This document shows positions 20,184-31,946 of a stretch of DNA of 32,000 bases, piece by piece. The notes beneath the pieces were generated by a model. It ran no database searches. It saw only the letters and a program-made list of their open reading frames with translations, and had not been told where the DNA came from. Source of the DNA: Halorhodospira halophila SL1 (GTDB lineage Bacteria; Pseudomonadota; Gammaproteobacteria; Nitrococcales; Halorhodospiraceae); contig NC_008789.1 of NCBI RefSeq assembly GCF_000015585.1, positions 1,920,001-1,952,000 on the forward strand, given 5' to 3'. The position numbers and the translations under genes are program-made. Position 1 is the first letter of the stretch; each line of letters opens with the position of its first letter.

Positions 20184-20933
20184 TCAGCCCTCCGCGGCTG
20201 CGTTGTAAATCGAAAGGAAACTGTCGGGATCCAGCGATGCGCCACCGATCAGACCCCCGTCGATATCCGGCTGGGCCAGCAGCTCGGCAGCGTTGTCGGC
20301 TTTCATGCTGCCCCCGTAGAGGATGGGCAGTTGATCGGCGATCTCGCCGGCGTCGCGCTCCTGGACGCGCTGCCGAATAAAGGCATGAACCGCCTGCGCC
20401 TGTTCCGGCGTGGCGGTACGTCCGGTACCAATGGCCCACACGGGCTCGTAGGCGATCACCGCGCCCTGAAAGGTGGCGCCGCCGACGGCGTCCATCACAG
20501 CGTCGAGCTGTTCACCGACCACGGACTCGGTGCGCTCAGCGTCGCGCTCGGCCAGGGTCTCACCAACGCACAGGATCGGGGTCAGCCCGGCATTGCGCGC
20601 CGCCACGAACTTGCCGGCCACCCGGCCATTGTCCTCGCCATAGAGCGTCCGGCGCTCGGAGTGGCCGACGATCACGTAGCGGCATCCGGCTTCGAGCAAC
20701 ATGCTCGCCGACACCTCACCGGTGTAGGCGCCCGAGTCGTACTCACTCACGTCCTGGGCGCCCAGTGCGACACCGAAGGGCAGCTGTGAAGCCGCCGCGG
20801 CCAGCAGCGGGTACGGCGGACAGACGGCCAACTCGGCATCCCCCGCACTGTCGGCAGCACGCTCCGCCACGCGGCGGACCAGATCCTGGTCGCCGTTCAT
20901 CTTCCAGTTTCCAGCTATGATCTTGCGCCGCAT
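20184..20933 (-). CDS. tpiA: triosephosphate isomerase
   Basis: Motifs AGNWKMN, VIVGHSERR and AYEPVWAIGTG are present. The ATG at 20933 gives MRRKIIAGNWKMNG, a typical TIM N-terminus (249 aa). The ORF-track start at 20945 is a TTG four codons upstream and cannot be excluded. Confidence 0.92.
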   Translation of the reverse strand: MRRKIIAGNWKMNGDQDLVRRVAERAADSAGDAELAVCPPYPLLAAAASQLPFGVALGAQDVSEYDSGAYTGEVSASMLLEAGCRYVIVGHSERRTLYGEDNGRVAGKFVAARNAGLTPILCVGETLAERDAERTESVVGEQLDAVMDAVGGATFQGAVIAYEPVWAIGTGRTATPEQAQAVHAFIRQRVQERDAGEIADQLPILYGGSMKADNAAELLAQPDIDGGLIGGASLDPDSFLSIYNAAAEG

Positions 20934-21001
20934 GCCTAGACCCAACCCTGTCTATCGATTCCTGTGAAGCTGACGAAGCCTATCTACACAAACGCCTGAA
21001 A

Positions 21002-22369
21002 TCAAATCGGGTCGGTCGCCGCACCCCGAGCGGCGGTCTCCACGGTAACGGCCAGCCAGTCGGCCAGGCGATTCACCTGCCCCTCGTCCGCGCCCTCGAC
21101 CATCACCCGCAACAGCGGCTCCGTCCCCGACGGGCGCAACAACACCCGCCCATGGTCACCGAGCTGATGCTCGGCCTCTTCGACGGCCTCGGTCACCGCT
21201 GGCAGCCTGATGACGTCCGGGCCGCGTGAGACCGGCACGTTGACCAGTCGCTGCGGATAGTAGTGCATCCCGGCCACCAACTCATCCAGCGGCCGCCCGG
21301 TGGTGACCATCGCCTCGAGCACCTGAAGCGCAGAGATCAGCCCGTCTCCGGTGGTGGTCCGGTCGAGGCAGATGATGTGCCCCGAAGACTCGCCGCCCAG
21401 TGTGCCGCCGACCTGAAGCAACCGCTCGAGGACGTAACGATCGCCCACTCGGGTCCGCTCTAGCACCAGGCCCAGCTCCTGCAGGGCCACCTCCAGACCG
21501 AGGTTGGTCATCTGCGTGCCCACCACCGCCCCGCGGACCTGACCTCGGGCCACACGGGCCGTGGCAATGATGTACAGCAAGCCGTCGCCGTCGATCACCC
21601 GGCCGTAGCGATCCACCATGATGACTCGGTCGCCGTCGCCGTCGAAGGCCACACCCACATCGGCAGACGCCTCGACGACCCGCTGGCACAGACGTTCCGG
21701 GTGCTGCGAGCCGTGATCGACGTTGATATTCAGGCCGTCCGGCTCGTTGCCGATCACCACCACATCCGCGCCGAGCTCGGCAAGCACCGCCGGTGCCGCC
21801 TGATAGGTCGCCCCGTGAGCGCAATCGACGACCACCCGCAGACCCCGCAGATCGATCTGCCGCTGGACAGACCCCTTGCAGAACTCGATATACCGGCCCA
21901 CCGCGTCGTTGATCCGCGTCGCCCGACCGAGCTCCTCGCAGCGGACCATCTGCGGCGGCCCGTCCTGCAGCAGTCGCTCGATGGCCTCTTCGGTGGCGTC
22001 GTCGAGCTTGTACCCGTCGGGGCCAAAGAACTTGATGCCGTTATCGTGATGCGGGTTGTGCGAGGCGCTGATCACCACCCCGGCCCGCGCGTGCAGCGTC
22101 CGCGTGAGGTAGGCGATGGCGGGGGTCGGCATCGGCCCGAGCATCAGGCTGTGGACGCCGGCGGCGGCGAAGCCGGCCTCGAGCGCGGACTCGAACATGT
22201 AGCCGGACAGACGGGTGTCTTTGCCGATGACCACCTTGCGCTGCCCCTCGCCGGCCAGCACGCGCCCCGCCGCCCAGCCCAACCGCAGGACAAAGTCCGG
22301 GGTGATCGGGGCTTCCCCCACCCGGCCACGGATACCGTCGGTTCCGAAGTAGCTTCTTTCCTCGGCCAA
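21002..22369 (-). CDS. glmM: phosphoglucosamine mutase
   Basis: 455-aa ORF starting (M)AEERSYFGTDGIRG, with active-site ISASHNPHHDNGIKFF. The start codon at 22369 is TTG, preceded by AAGGAAGAAGG. No in-frame ATG lies near the conserved N-terminus. Confidence 0.94.
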   Translation of the reverse strand: MAEERSYFGTDGIRGRVGEAPITPDFVLRLGWAAGRVLAGEGQRKVVIGKDTRLSGYMFESALEAGFAAAGVHSLMLGPMPTPAIAYLTRTLHARAGVVISASHNPHHDNGIKFFGPDGYKLDDATEEAIERLLQDGPPQMVRCEELGRATRINDAVGRYIEFCKGSVQRQIDLRGLRVVVDCAHGATYQAAPAVLAELGADVVVIGNEPDGLNINVDHGSQHPERLCQRVVEASADVGVAFDGDGDRVIMVDRYGRVIDGDGLLYIIATARVARGQVRGAVVGTQMTNLGLEVALQELGLVLERTRVGDRYVLERLLQVGGTLGGESSGHIICLDRTTTGDGLISALQVLEAMVTTGRPLDELVAGMHYYPQRLVNVPVSRGPDVIRLPAVTEAVEEAEHQLGDHGRVLLRPSGTEPLLRVMVEGADEGQVNRLADWLAVTVETAARGAATDPI

Positions 22370-22382
22370 GACCTTCTTCCTT

Positions 22383-23243
22383 TCAGCGCGATTCCTGGGC
22401 GGTGGCGGCGGCCGCCGCCACCCGCACCGCGTCAGCGGTCGGCCCCACGTCGTGGGCGCGGATGATCCGAGCCCCCTGGAAAACCGCCACGGCCGCCGCG
22501 CCGAGACTACCCGCCAGGCGCTCCTCCACCGGACGATCCAGTAGCTTGCCCACCATGGACTTCCGCGACATCCCTACCAGAACCGGCAGCCCCAGCGCCA
22601 CGATGCGCTCCAGGTGCCTCAGCAGCTGGTAGTTGTGTGCCAGCGTCTTGCCGAAGCCGAACCCCGGATCGAGCACTATCCGCTCACGGGGCAGACCGGC
22701 CGCCTCGGCCGCCGCCACCCGCTCGGCAAGGAACTCACCGACTTCCGCGACAACGTCGTGGTAGCTCGGCGACTCCTGCATGGTCTGCGGCTGCCCCTGC
22801 ATGTGCATCAGGCAGACCGGCACACCGAGCCCAGCGGCCGCCTCCAGGGCACCCGGCTCCTGCAGCGCACGGATATCGTTGATCAGCCCCGCCCCGGCCG
22901 CCACCGCAGCGCGGGCCACCGCAGGCTTGTAGGTGTCCACCGAGATCGGGCAGTCGACCTCACGCACCAAGGCCTCAACCACCGGAATGACGCGCTCGAG
23001 CTCCTGATCCAGCGGGACCGGAGGCGCCCCCGGCCGGCTCGACTCACCGCCGACGTCGATCAGGTCGGCCCCCTCGGCGACCATCTGTCGGGCATGTGCG
23101 CGGGCCCTATCGAGATCGAGATAGCTCCCGCCGTCCGAGAAGGAGTCGGGGGTGATATTGAGCACCCCCATGACCCGCGGCCGATCCAACGTAAGGGGGC
23201 GGTCCCCGCAATGGAGAACCGCCCCGCCGACTGCCGCCCCCAT
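22383..23243 (-). CDS. folP: dihydropteroate synthase
   Basis: 286-aa ORF with VMGVLNITPDSFSDGG, DVGGESSRPGA and a pterin-binding fold pattern. Its ATG shares one nucleotide with the ftsH TGA (TGATG). Confidence 0.95.
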   Translation of the reverse strand: MGAAVGGAVLHCGDRPLTLDRPRVMGVLNITPDSFSDGGSYLDLDRARAHARQMVAEGADLIDVGGESSRPGAPPVPLDQELERVIPVVEALVREVDCPISVDTYKPAVARAAVAAGAGLINDIRALQEPGALEAAAGLGVPVCLMHMQGQPQTMQESPSYHDVVAEVGEFLAERVAAAEAAGLPRERIVLDPGFGFGKTLAHNYQLLRHLERIVALGLPVLVGMSRKSMVGKLLDRPVEERLAGSLGAAAVAVFQGARIIRAHDVGPTADAVRVAAAAATAQESR

Positions 23244-25198
23244 CAGTGCTCGCCTACAGGTCCGCCGATGGGCCCCTCGCGGCCGTCTTTACCTTCGGCC
23301 TCGGGCTGGTCATCGGCCCCGGCAGTCTCACCCTCGTCGCCCGAGCCACCACCGTGATCCCGATCCTGCCACCCTTTGGGCGGTCGCGGCTCGTCGCCCC
23401 GCATGATGTCGTCGATCTGATCGCGGTCGATGGTCTCGTACTTCATCAGCGCATCAGCCATCAGGTGCAGCTTCTCCAGGTTCTCCTGGAGGATCTTCTC
23501 AGCCGCAGTGTAGTTGTTGTCGATCACTGCGCGCACTTCTTCGTCGATGGCGTGCTGCGTCTCGTCGGAGACGTCCTTCTGCTGCGCCATGGAGCGGCCG
23601 AGGAACACCTCGCCCTCCTCCTCGCCGTAGGCGAGCGGACCGAGCCGCGCCGAAAGCCCCCACTTGGTGACCATGTTGCGGGCAATCTCGGTGGCCCGCT
23701 GGATGTCGTTCTGGGCACCGGTAGTGACCCGGTCGTTGCCGAAGATCAGCTCCTCGGCAATCCGCCCACCGAAGAGGCTGGCGATCATGCTGTCCAGGCG
23801 CTGCTTGGTGTAGCTGTAGCGATCCTCCTCAGGAAGGAACATGGTCACGCCCAGCGCGCGCCCCCGCGGGATGATCGTCACCTTGTGAACCGGATCGTGC
23901 TCCGGGGTGAGCAAGCCGACGATGGCGTGCCCGGCCTCGTGGTAGGCCGTGAGCTTCTTCTCGTCCTCTTTCATCACCATGGACTTGCGCTCGGAGCCCA
24001 TCATGATCTTGTCCTTGGCCTGCTCGAAGTCCGTCTGATCGACGGCCTCCTTGTTGGCTCGGGCCGCGAACAGCGCTGCCTCATTGACCAGGTTCTGCAG
24101 GTCGGCGCCGGAGAAGCCCGGCGTCCCGCGGGCGATGATCTCGGGCCGGACATCGTCCGCCGTCGGTACCTTGCGCATGTGCACGTTGAGGATCTGCTCA
24201 CGCCCTCGGACATCGGGCAGCGGCACCACCACCTGACGGTCGAAGCGCCCCGGACGCAGCAGCGCCGGGTCGAGGACGTCGGGACGGTTGGTGGCAGCGA
24301 TGACGATGATCCCTTCACTGCCCTCGAATCCATCCATCTCGACGAGCATCTGGTTCAGCGTCTGCTCGCGCTCATCGTGCCCACCGCCGAGACCGGCCCC
24401 ACGCTGCCGCCCCACGGCGTCGAGCTCGTCGATGAAGATGATGCACGGGGCCTGCTTCTTCGCCTGCTGGAACATGTCGCGAACCCGCGAGGCGCCGACA
24501 CCGACGAACATCTCGACGAAGTCCGAACCGGAGATCGAGAAGAACGGCACCCGGGCCTCCCCGGCGATCGCCTTGGCGAGCAGGGTCTTGCCGGTTCCCG
24601 GAGGACCCACCATGAGCACGCCCCGCGGGATCGTCCCGCCAAGCTTTTGGAATTTGCTCGGGTCACGCAGGAAGTCCACCAGTTCCTTGACGTCCTCCTT
24701 GGCCTCATCGCAACCGGCCACGTCCGAGAAGCTGTGCTTGCTCTGCTCCTCGGTCATCATCTTGGCCTTGCTCTTGCCAAAGGACATCGCCCCGCGGCCA
24801 CCGCCGCCTCCCTGCATCTGGCGCATGAAGTAGATCCACACGGCGATCAGCAGCAGGAAGGGCGTCCACGAGATGAGGATCTGCATGAGCATGCTGTCGC
24901 TTTCAGCCTGCTCGGCATCGATGGTGACGCCGTGCTCAAGCAGTTCGCCGATCAGCGCGCGGTTGTCGACCTCCGGGTTGAAGGTCCGGTACTCGTTGCC
25001 GTCGGCGTGCTGGATGGTGATCTCCTCACCCCGGATCAGCACCTCGCGGATGTTCCCCCGCTCGACCTCGTTGAGGAACTCCGAGTAGGGAACCTTCTCG
25101 GTCACATCCGCCGATTGTTCCTGGAAGTTGCTGAATACGGACATCAGCACGACGGCGATGATGACCCAAAGGATCAAATTCTTGGCCATGTCGCTCAC
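23243..25198 (-). CDS. ftsH: ATP-dependent zinc metalloprotease FtsH
   Basis: 651-aa ORF with an N-terminal TM ([21 protein letters not shown]), Walker A GPPGTGKT, Walker B IIFIDELD and zinc site [12 protein letters not shown] at 25198 has GAGG 7 nt upstream. The ATG at 25189 (MAKNL, as in E. coli) is the alternative start. Confidence 0.95.
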   Translation of the reverse strand: MSDMAKNLILWVIIAVVLMSVFSNFQEQSADVTEKVPYSEFLNEVERGNIREVLIRGEEITIQHADGNEYRTFNPEVDNRALIGELLEHGVTIDAEQAESDSMLMQILISWTPFLLLIAVWIYFMRQMQGGGGGRGAMSFGKSKAKMMTEEQSKHSFSDVAGCDEAKEDVKELVDFLRDPSKFQKLGGTIPRGVLMVGPPGTGKTLLAKAIAGEARVPFFSISGSDFVEMFVGVGASRVRDMFQQAKKQAPCIIFIDELDAVGRQRGAGLGGGHDEREQTLNQMLVEMDGFEGSEGIIVIAATNRPDVLDPALLRPGRFDRQVVVPLPDVRGREQILNVHMRKVPTADDVRPEIIARGTPGFSGADLQNLVNEAALFAARANKEAVDQTDFEQAKDKIMMGSERKSMVMKEDEKKLTAYHEAGHAIVGLLTPEHDPVHKVTIIPRGRALGVTMFLPEEDRYSYTKQRLDSMIASLFGGRIAEELIFGNDRVTTGAQNDIQRATEIARNMVTKWGLSARLGPLAYGEEEGEVFLGRSMAQQKDVSDETQHAIDEEVRAVIDNNYTAAEKILQENLEKLHLMADALMKYETIDRDQIDDIMRGDEPRPPKGWQDRDHGGGSGDEGETAGADDQPEAEGKDGREGPIGGPVGEH

Positions 25199-25244
25199 GG
25201 CGTCACCTCAATCTGCCTGAATCCGGCACCTGACAGGCACCTTA

Positions 25245-25883
25245 CTATACCGTCGGACCACGAGCCAGAAGGTAAACCTCCCGACTCCCCGACCTGGAGG
25301 CATCCGGCTTACGGGAAAGTACGCGGGAGAAGCGGCGGGTCAGGTCCCCGCGGAACGCGTCGAATCCCTCGCCGTGGAAGACCTTAACTAGAAAGTCGCC
25401 ATTCTTATGCAGGAATTGACCAGCAAAGTCGGCGGCAAGTTCCGCCAGCCCCATGGCTGCCGGCTGGTCCACTGCGTTGTGACCGGTCAGATTCGGCGCC
25501 ATATCCGAGAGCACGATATCCACCGGGCGGCCCTCCAGGGCCCTCTCGACGGCGCGTAACCCCTCATCCGTGGAGAAGTCGGCGTGCAGGAACGTGACCC
25601 CAGGCAGCGGATCCATCTCCAGCAAGTCGATGGCGACCACCCGCCCGGCCGAGCCGACCTTCGGGGCCACCAGCTGCGACCAGCCGCCGGGCGCCGCCCC
25701 CAGGTCGACCACCACCTGCCCGGGCCGAAAGAGCCCGTCACGCTGATCGATGGCCTCCAGCTTGAGCGCCGCCCTGGAGCGCCACCCCTCGGCCCGGGCA
25801 CGGCGGACAAAGGGGTCGCTCTCGTGCCGGCTCCGCCGAGCCTGCGAGTTGCACCCTCGCCGACGCCGCCTACAAGTTGCCAT
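25245..25883 (-). CDS. rlmE: 23S rRNA (uridine2552-2'-O)-methyltransferase RlmE/FtsJ
   Basis: It has the SAM motif VVDLGAAPGGWSQ plus SDMAPN, FLVKVFHGEGFD, KPDASRSGSREVYLLA. The ATG at 25883 has GGAGGG 9 nt upstream (212 aa). The GTG at 25889 in the ORF track is too close to the SD. Confidence 0.93.
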   Translation of the reverse strand: MATCRRRRRGCNSQARRSRHESDPFVRRARAEGWRSRAALKLEAIDQRDGLFRPGQVVVDLGAAPGGWSQLVAPKVGSAGRVVAIDLLEMDPLPGVTFLHADFSTDEGLRAVERALEGRPVDIVLSDMAPNLTGHNAVDQPAAMGLAELAADFAGQFLHKNGDFLVKVFHGEGFDAFRGDLTRRFSRVLSRKPDASRSGSREVYLLARGPTV

Positions 25884-26142
25884 GCTCACGGCCCTCCGCC
25901 AGTCTGCGACGCGCCAGCACGCGCACGCGCAACGCCACCCAACCGCCCCCCAGGCAGGCCGCCGCCAGCACGCCGACGACTTCTTGCCAGGCGGCGATAT
26001 CCAGTCCCAGTGTCAGAAAGTAGACGGCCACGACCAGCAGGACCACCACCCCCAGCTCGATCTTGGCGTCGCGCAGGGGACCGCCGCTTGCCCGGACCAC
26101 GCCACGGCGTGGTAGCCTCCCCGATCTATAGTCACCAGGCAC
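25870..26142 (-). CDS. hypothetical small membrane protein (2 predicted TM helices), speculative
   Basis: This 90-codon ORF fills the otherwise empty 270-nt rlmE/yhbY gap. GTG at 26142 is preceded by GGAGG at 6-nt spacing. Two hydrophobic stretches (IELGVVVLLVVAVYFLTLGL, VVGVLAAACLGGGWVAL) are flanked by Arg-rich segments, consistent with the positive-inside rule. By-eye GC3 is about 80 percent, similar to neighbouring real genes. I recognise no homolog. The stop overlaps the rlmE start by 14 nt. Confidence 0.3.
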   Translation of the reverse strand: MPGDYRSGRLPRRGVVRASGGPLRDAKIELGVVVLLVVAVYFLTLGLDIAAWQEVVGVLAAACLGGGWVALRVRVLARRRLAEGREHGNL

Positions 26143-26153
26143 CCGACACCTCC

Positions 26154-26444
26154 ATGCAGTTAGACCCGGATCAACTCAAGCAGCTACGCCGGCTCGGCCA
26201 CGCCCTCAAGCCTGTCGTCCTGACCGGGGCCGCCGGCCTCAGTGAGGGAGTCTTGGAGGAGATCGAGCGGGCCTTGGACGACCACGAGCTGATCAAGGTC
26301 AAGCTCGCCGGCGCCAGCAAGGAAGAACGCCAGGCAATGACCACGGAGATCGCAGAGCAGACCGGCGCCGTCGTGGTGCAGACCATCGGGCGCATCGTGC
26401 TCCTCTACCAGGAAAACCCCGAGAAGAGCCAAGTCCTGATCTAG
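26154..26444 (+). CDS. yhbY: ribosome assembly RNA-binding protein YhbY (CRM domain)
   Basis: The ATG at 26154 gives MQLDPDQLKQLRRLGHALKPVVLTGAAGLSEGVLEEIERALDDHELIKVKL..., 96 aa, collinear with E. coli YhbY. It is divergent from rlmE as in E. coli and Pseudomonas. The upstream part of ORF 25584..26444 is P/R-rich non-coding translation. Confidence 0.92.
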   Translation: MQLDPDQLKQLRRLGHALKPVVLTGAAGLSEGVLEEIERALDDHELIKVKLAGASKEERQAMTTEIAEQTGAVVVQTIGRIVLLYQENPEKSQVLI

Positions 26445-26448
26445 CCGC

Positions 26449-26946
26449 TCAGCGGCCGGCATCCTCGCTGCTCGGTGTCTCTTCGCCTTCTTCCGGTTGC
26501 CGCGGCTCGATTCCGCCGGCGACCAGGACCAGTGCCATGGCGCTAGCGACCATGTAAAGGCTCTCGGCGGCGCGCAGGGCCGAGAGGTACCCGACCTCGC
26601 CGGCCTGCTCGGTCAACGCCGCCATTGGCGGCCGGACCCAGAACTCCCCCACGGCCACCACCACGGTCAGCAGCACCAGCAGCCAAAGGCGCCAGTGTGC
26701 GGCCAGCGGACGAATCCGGTGGCGCAGCTGAGTCGCGATCAGCAGCGCAGCACAGACCAGCACCACCCAGACCGCCGTCCCGGTGACCTCGCCAACCAAT
26801 GCCGCCGCCTGCGCGGTGTCTTCCAGGGTGCGGAACAGCAGCGGAGAGACGATGTAGCCACCGCTCCACAGCGCGCCGGCCAGCACCGTCAACATTACCC
26901 GCTCTGCGGCGCGGATCAGCACCGCACCTCCACAGCCAGCCCGCAC
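26449..26946 (-). CDS. conserved hypothetical 4-TM membrane protein (possibly DUF4149/TMEM205-like)
   Basis: This ORF of up to 165 aa has four hydrophobic helices and an acidic C-terminal tail (PRQPEEGEETPSSEDAGR). It sits between greA and yhbY, where Pseudomonas also has a small conserved hypothetical membrane protein. The start is uncertain: GTG 26946, GTG 26922 (GGAGG 4 nt upstream) or ATG 26895. Confidence 0.75.
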   Translation of the reverse strand: MRAGCGGAVLIRAAERVMLTVLAGALWSGGYIVSPLLFRTLEDTAQAAALVGEVTGTAVWVVLVCAALLIATQLRHRIRPLAAHWRLWLLVLLTVVVAVGEFWVRPPMAALTEQAGEVGYLSALRAAESLYMVASAMALVLVAGGIEPRQPEEGEETPSSEDAGR

Positions 26947-26955
26947 CGTCCGGGA

Positions 26956-27428
26956 CTATTCATACCGAACCTCGACGATCTCGTAGGTCCGCTCTCCGCC
27001 CGGGGCCTGAACCACAGCCTCGTCACCCTCCTCCTTGCCGATCAGGGCGCGGGCGATGGGCGAATTGACCGAGATCAGGTGTTGCTTGATGTCCGCCTCG
27101 TCCTCGCCAACGATCTGATAGGTGACCGTCTCTTCAGTGTCCGTGTCTTCAAGCGCCACAGTGGCGCCGAAGACAATCTTCGGCGCCGCCTGGACCGCAG
27201 CCGGATCGATGATCTGGGCATTGGACAGCTTGCCCTCGATCTCCTGGATTCGGCCCTCGATAAAGCTCTGTTGCTCGCGCGCGGCGTGGTACTCGGCGTT
27301 CTCCTTCAGATCGCCGTGCTCACGCGCCTCGGCAATGGCCTGAATAACCCGCGGCCGGTCTTCGTGCTTGAGCCGGTGAAGCTCTTCACGCAGCTTCTCT
27401 GCACCACGAATCGTCAACGGTATCTTGC

Positions 27429-27432
<4 letters not shown>
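26956..27432 (-). CDS. greA: transcription elongation factor GreA
   Basis: The ATG at 27432 gives [62 protein letters not shown], 158 aa, the canonical GreA. The start overlaps the carB stop (ATGA). The ORF-track start at 27504 lies inside carB. Confidence 0.95.
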
Positions 27433-30650
<3,218 letters not shown>

Positions 30651-30713
30651 GATTCGAGAGTGCTCGGGGTCCAGTGGTCGGCGATCGGCTGTAGAGAAGA
30701 AGCTGCGCGGCGC

Positions 30714-31853
30714 TTAGCCCTGCTCCATCATCTCGACGAAGCGCTGGAACAGCGGCCGCATGTCGTGGGGGCCCGGGCTCGCCTCCGGGTGCCCCTGGAA
30801 GCTGAAGGCGGGCACGTCGGTTCGACGGATGCCCTGCAGCGAGCCGTCGAACAACGAACGGTGAGTCGCCTTCAGGTGGGCCGGCAGGCTGGCCTCGTCC
30901 ACGGCGAAGCCGTGATTCTGGCTGGAGATCAGCACTTGGCCGGTGGCCAGATCGATCACCGGGTGGTTGGCCCCGTGGTGGCCGAACTTCATCTTCTCGG
31001 TCCGCGCCCCGCTGGCCAGCCCCAACAGCTGATGGCCCAGACAGATGCCGAAGGTCGGGATGCGATGCTCGTCGAGGAGCTCGCGGATGGTGGCAACGGC
31101 GTACTCCATGGGCTCCGGGTCACCCGGGCCGTTGGAGAAGAACAGGCCGTCCGGCTCCAGCTTGAGGACATCCGCGGCGGCGGTCCGCGCGGGCACCACG
31201 GTGACGCGGCAGTCGGCATCGACGAGCAGGCGCAGGATCTGCTGTTTAATGCCGTAATCAAAGGCCACCACGTGGTAGCGCCCGGCATCGCCACGCTCGG
31301 CAGCGTCCGCACACCCGTCATCCAGGGTCCAGGTCCCGCGCTGCCAGGGCCTGCGGGTCTTGGTACCGGCCTCTCCGGCCAGGTCGCGCCCGCTCATGCC
31401 GCCATACCCCTGCGCCTGAGCCAGTGCCCACGCCTCGTCCAGGGACTCGCCGGCCGCCAGGCAGCCGCCCTGGGCGCCTCCTTCGCGGAGGCGGCGGGTC
31501 AGTTTGCGAGTATCGATCCCGGAGATGGCCACCACCCCCTGCTCGCGCAACCACGCTGTCAGTCCCTGCTCGGCACGCCAGTTGCTGGCCCGCGGCGGCA
31601 CATCACGCACCACCAGCCCAGCCAGCCGGGCGCGATCGTCCTCGCGATCCACACTGTTGATGCCGGTATTGCCGATGTGGGGATAGGTCAGAGTGACGAT
31701 CTGACCGGCGTAGGAAGGGTCGGTGGCGATCTCCTGATAACCGGTCATGGCGGTGTTGAAAACCACCTCGCCGGTCACGGCCCCGTCGGCGCCCACCGCC
31801 TCGCCGTGGAAAACCGTACCGTCCTGGAGGACGAGCAGTGCTGGCCGGGTCAA
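30714..31853 (-). CDS. carA: carbamoyl-phosphate synthase small (glutaminase) subunit
   Basis: A TTG at 31853 is preceded by GGGGAGG at 5-nt spacing. It gives (M)[23 protein letters not shown]..., collinear with CarA N-termini (379 aa). The catalytic GICLGHQ and HGANHPV motifs are present. The ORF-track start at 31961 adds 36 residues that run through a terminator hairpin. Confidence 0.9.
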   Translation of the reverse strand: MTRPALLVLQDGTVFHGEAVGADGAVTGEVVFNTAMTGYQEIATDPSYAGQIVTLTYPHIGNTGINSVDREDDRARLAGLVVRDVPPRASNWRAEQGLTAWLREQGVVAISGIDTRKLTRRLREGGAQGGCLAAGESLDEAWALAQAQGYGGMSGRDLAGEAGTKTRRPWQRGTWTLDDGCADAAERGDAGRYHVVAFDYGIKQQILRLLVDADCRVTVVPARTAAADVLKLEPDGLFFSNGPGDPEPMEYAVATIRELLDEHRIPTFGICLGHQLLGLASGARTEKMKFGHHGANHPVIDLATGQVLISSQNHGFAVDEASLPAHLKATHRSLFDGSLQGIRRTDVPAFSFQGHPEASPGPHDMRPLFQRFVEMMEQG

Positions 31854-31917
31854 CGCAGCCTCCCCTGGTTGGAGCTGAACGCCCGCCCGGGCACGCCACG
31901 GGCGGGGTACGGACATG

Positions 31918-31946
31918 CAAAAAACGGGAGGGTTCGCCCCTCCCGT
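31918..31946 (-). terminator. intrinsic terminator-like hairpin upstream of carA (upstream-gene terminator or carA attenuator)
   Basis: The minus strand reads ACGGGAGGG-GCGAA-CCCTCCCGT followed by TTTTTG. This is a perfect 9-bp stem with a 5-nt loop, and the U-tract ends about 64 nt upstream of the carA TTG. Confidence 0.7.

Noticed and set aside
25884-26153. Search for a sigma32 heat-shock promoter (CTTGAA...CCCCAT) upstream of rlmE-ftsH, as in E. coli
   Set aside because: There is no CTTGAA/CCCCATnT-like pair in the gap on the minus strand. Only a weak TATAGA/TATAGT box is present at 26125-26132, and neither strand has a matching -35. I cannot call a promoter here.
26444-26457. Small hairpin GCCGC-TCA-GCGGC spanning the convergent yhbY and 4-TM gene stop codons, considered as a bidirectional terminator
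   Set aside because: It has only 5 bp and no U-tract on either strand, which is too weak to call a terminator. It is mentioned only as context.
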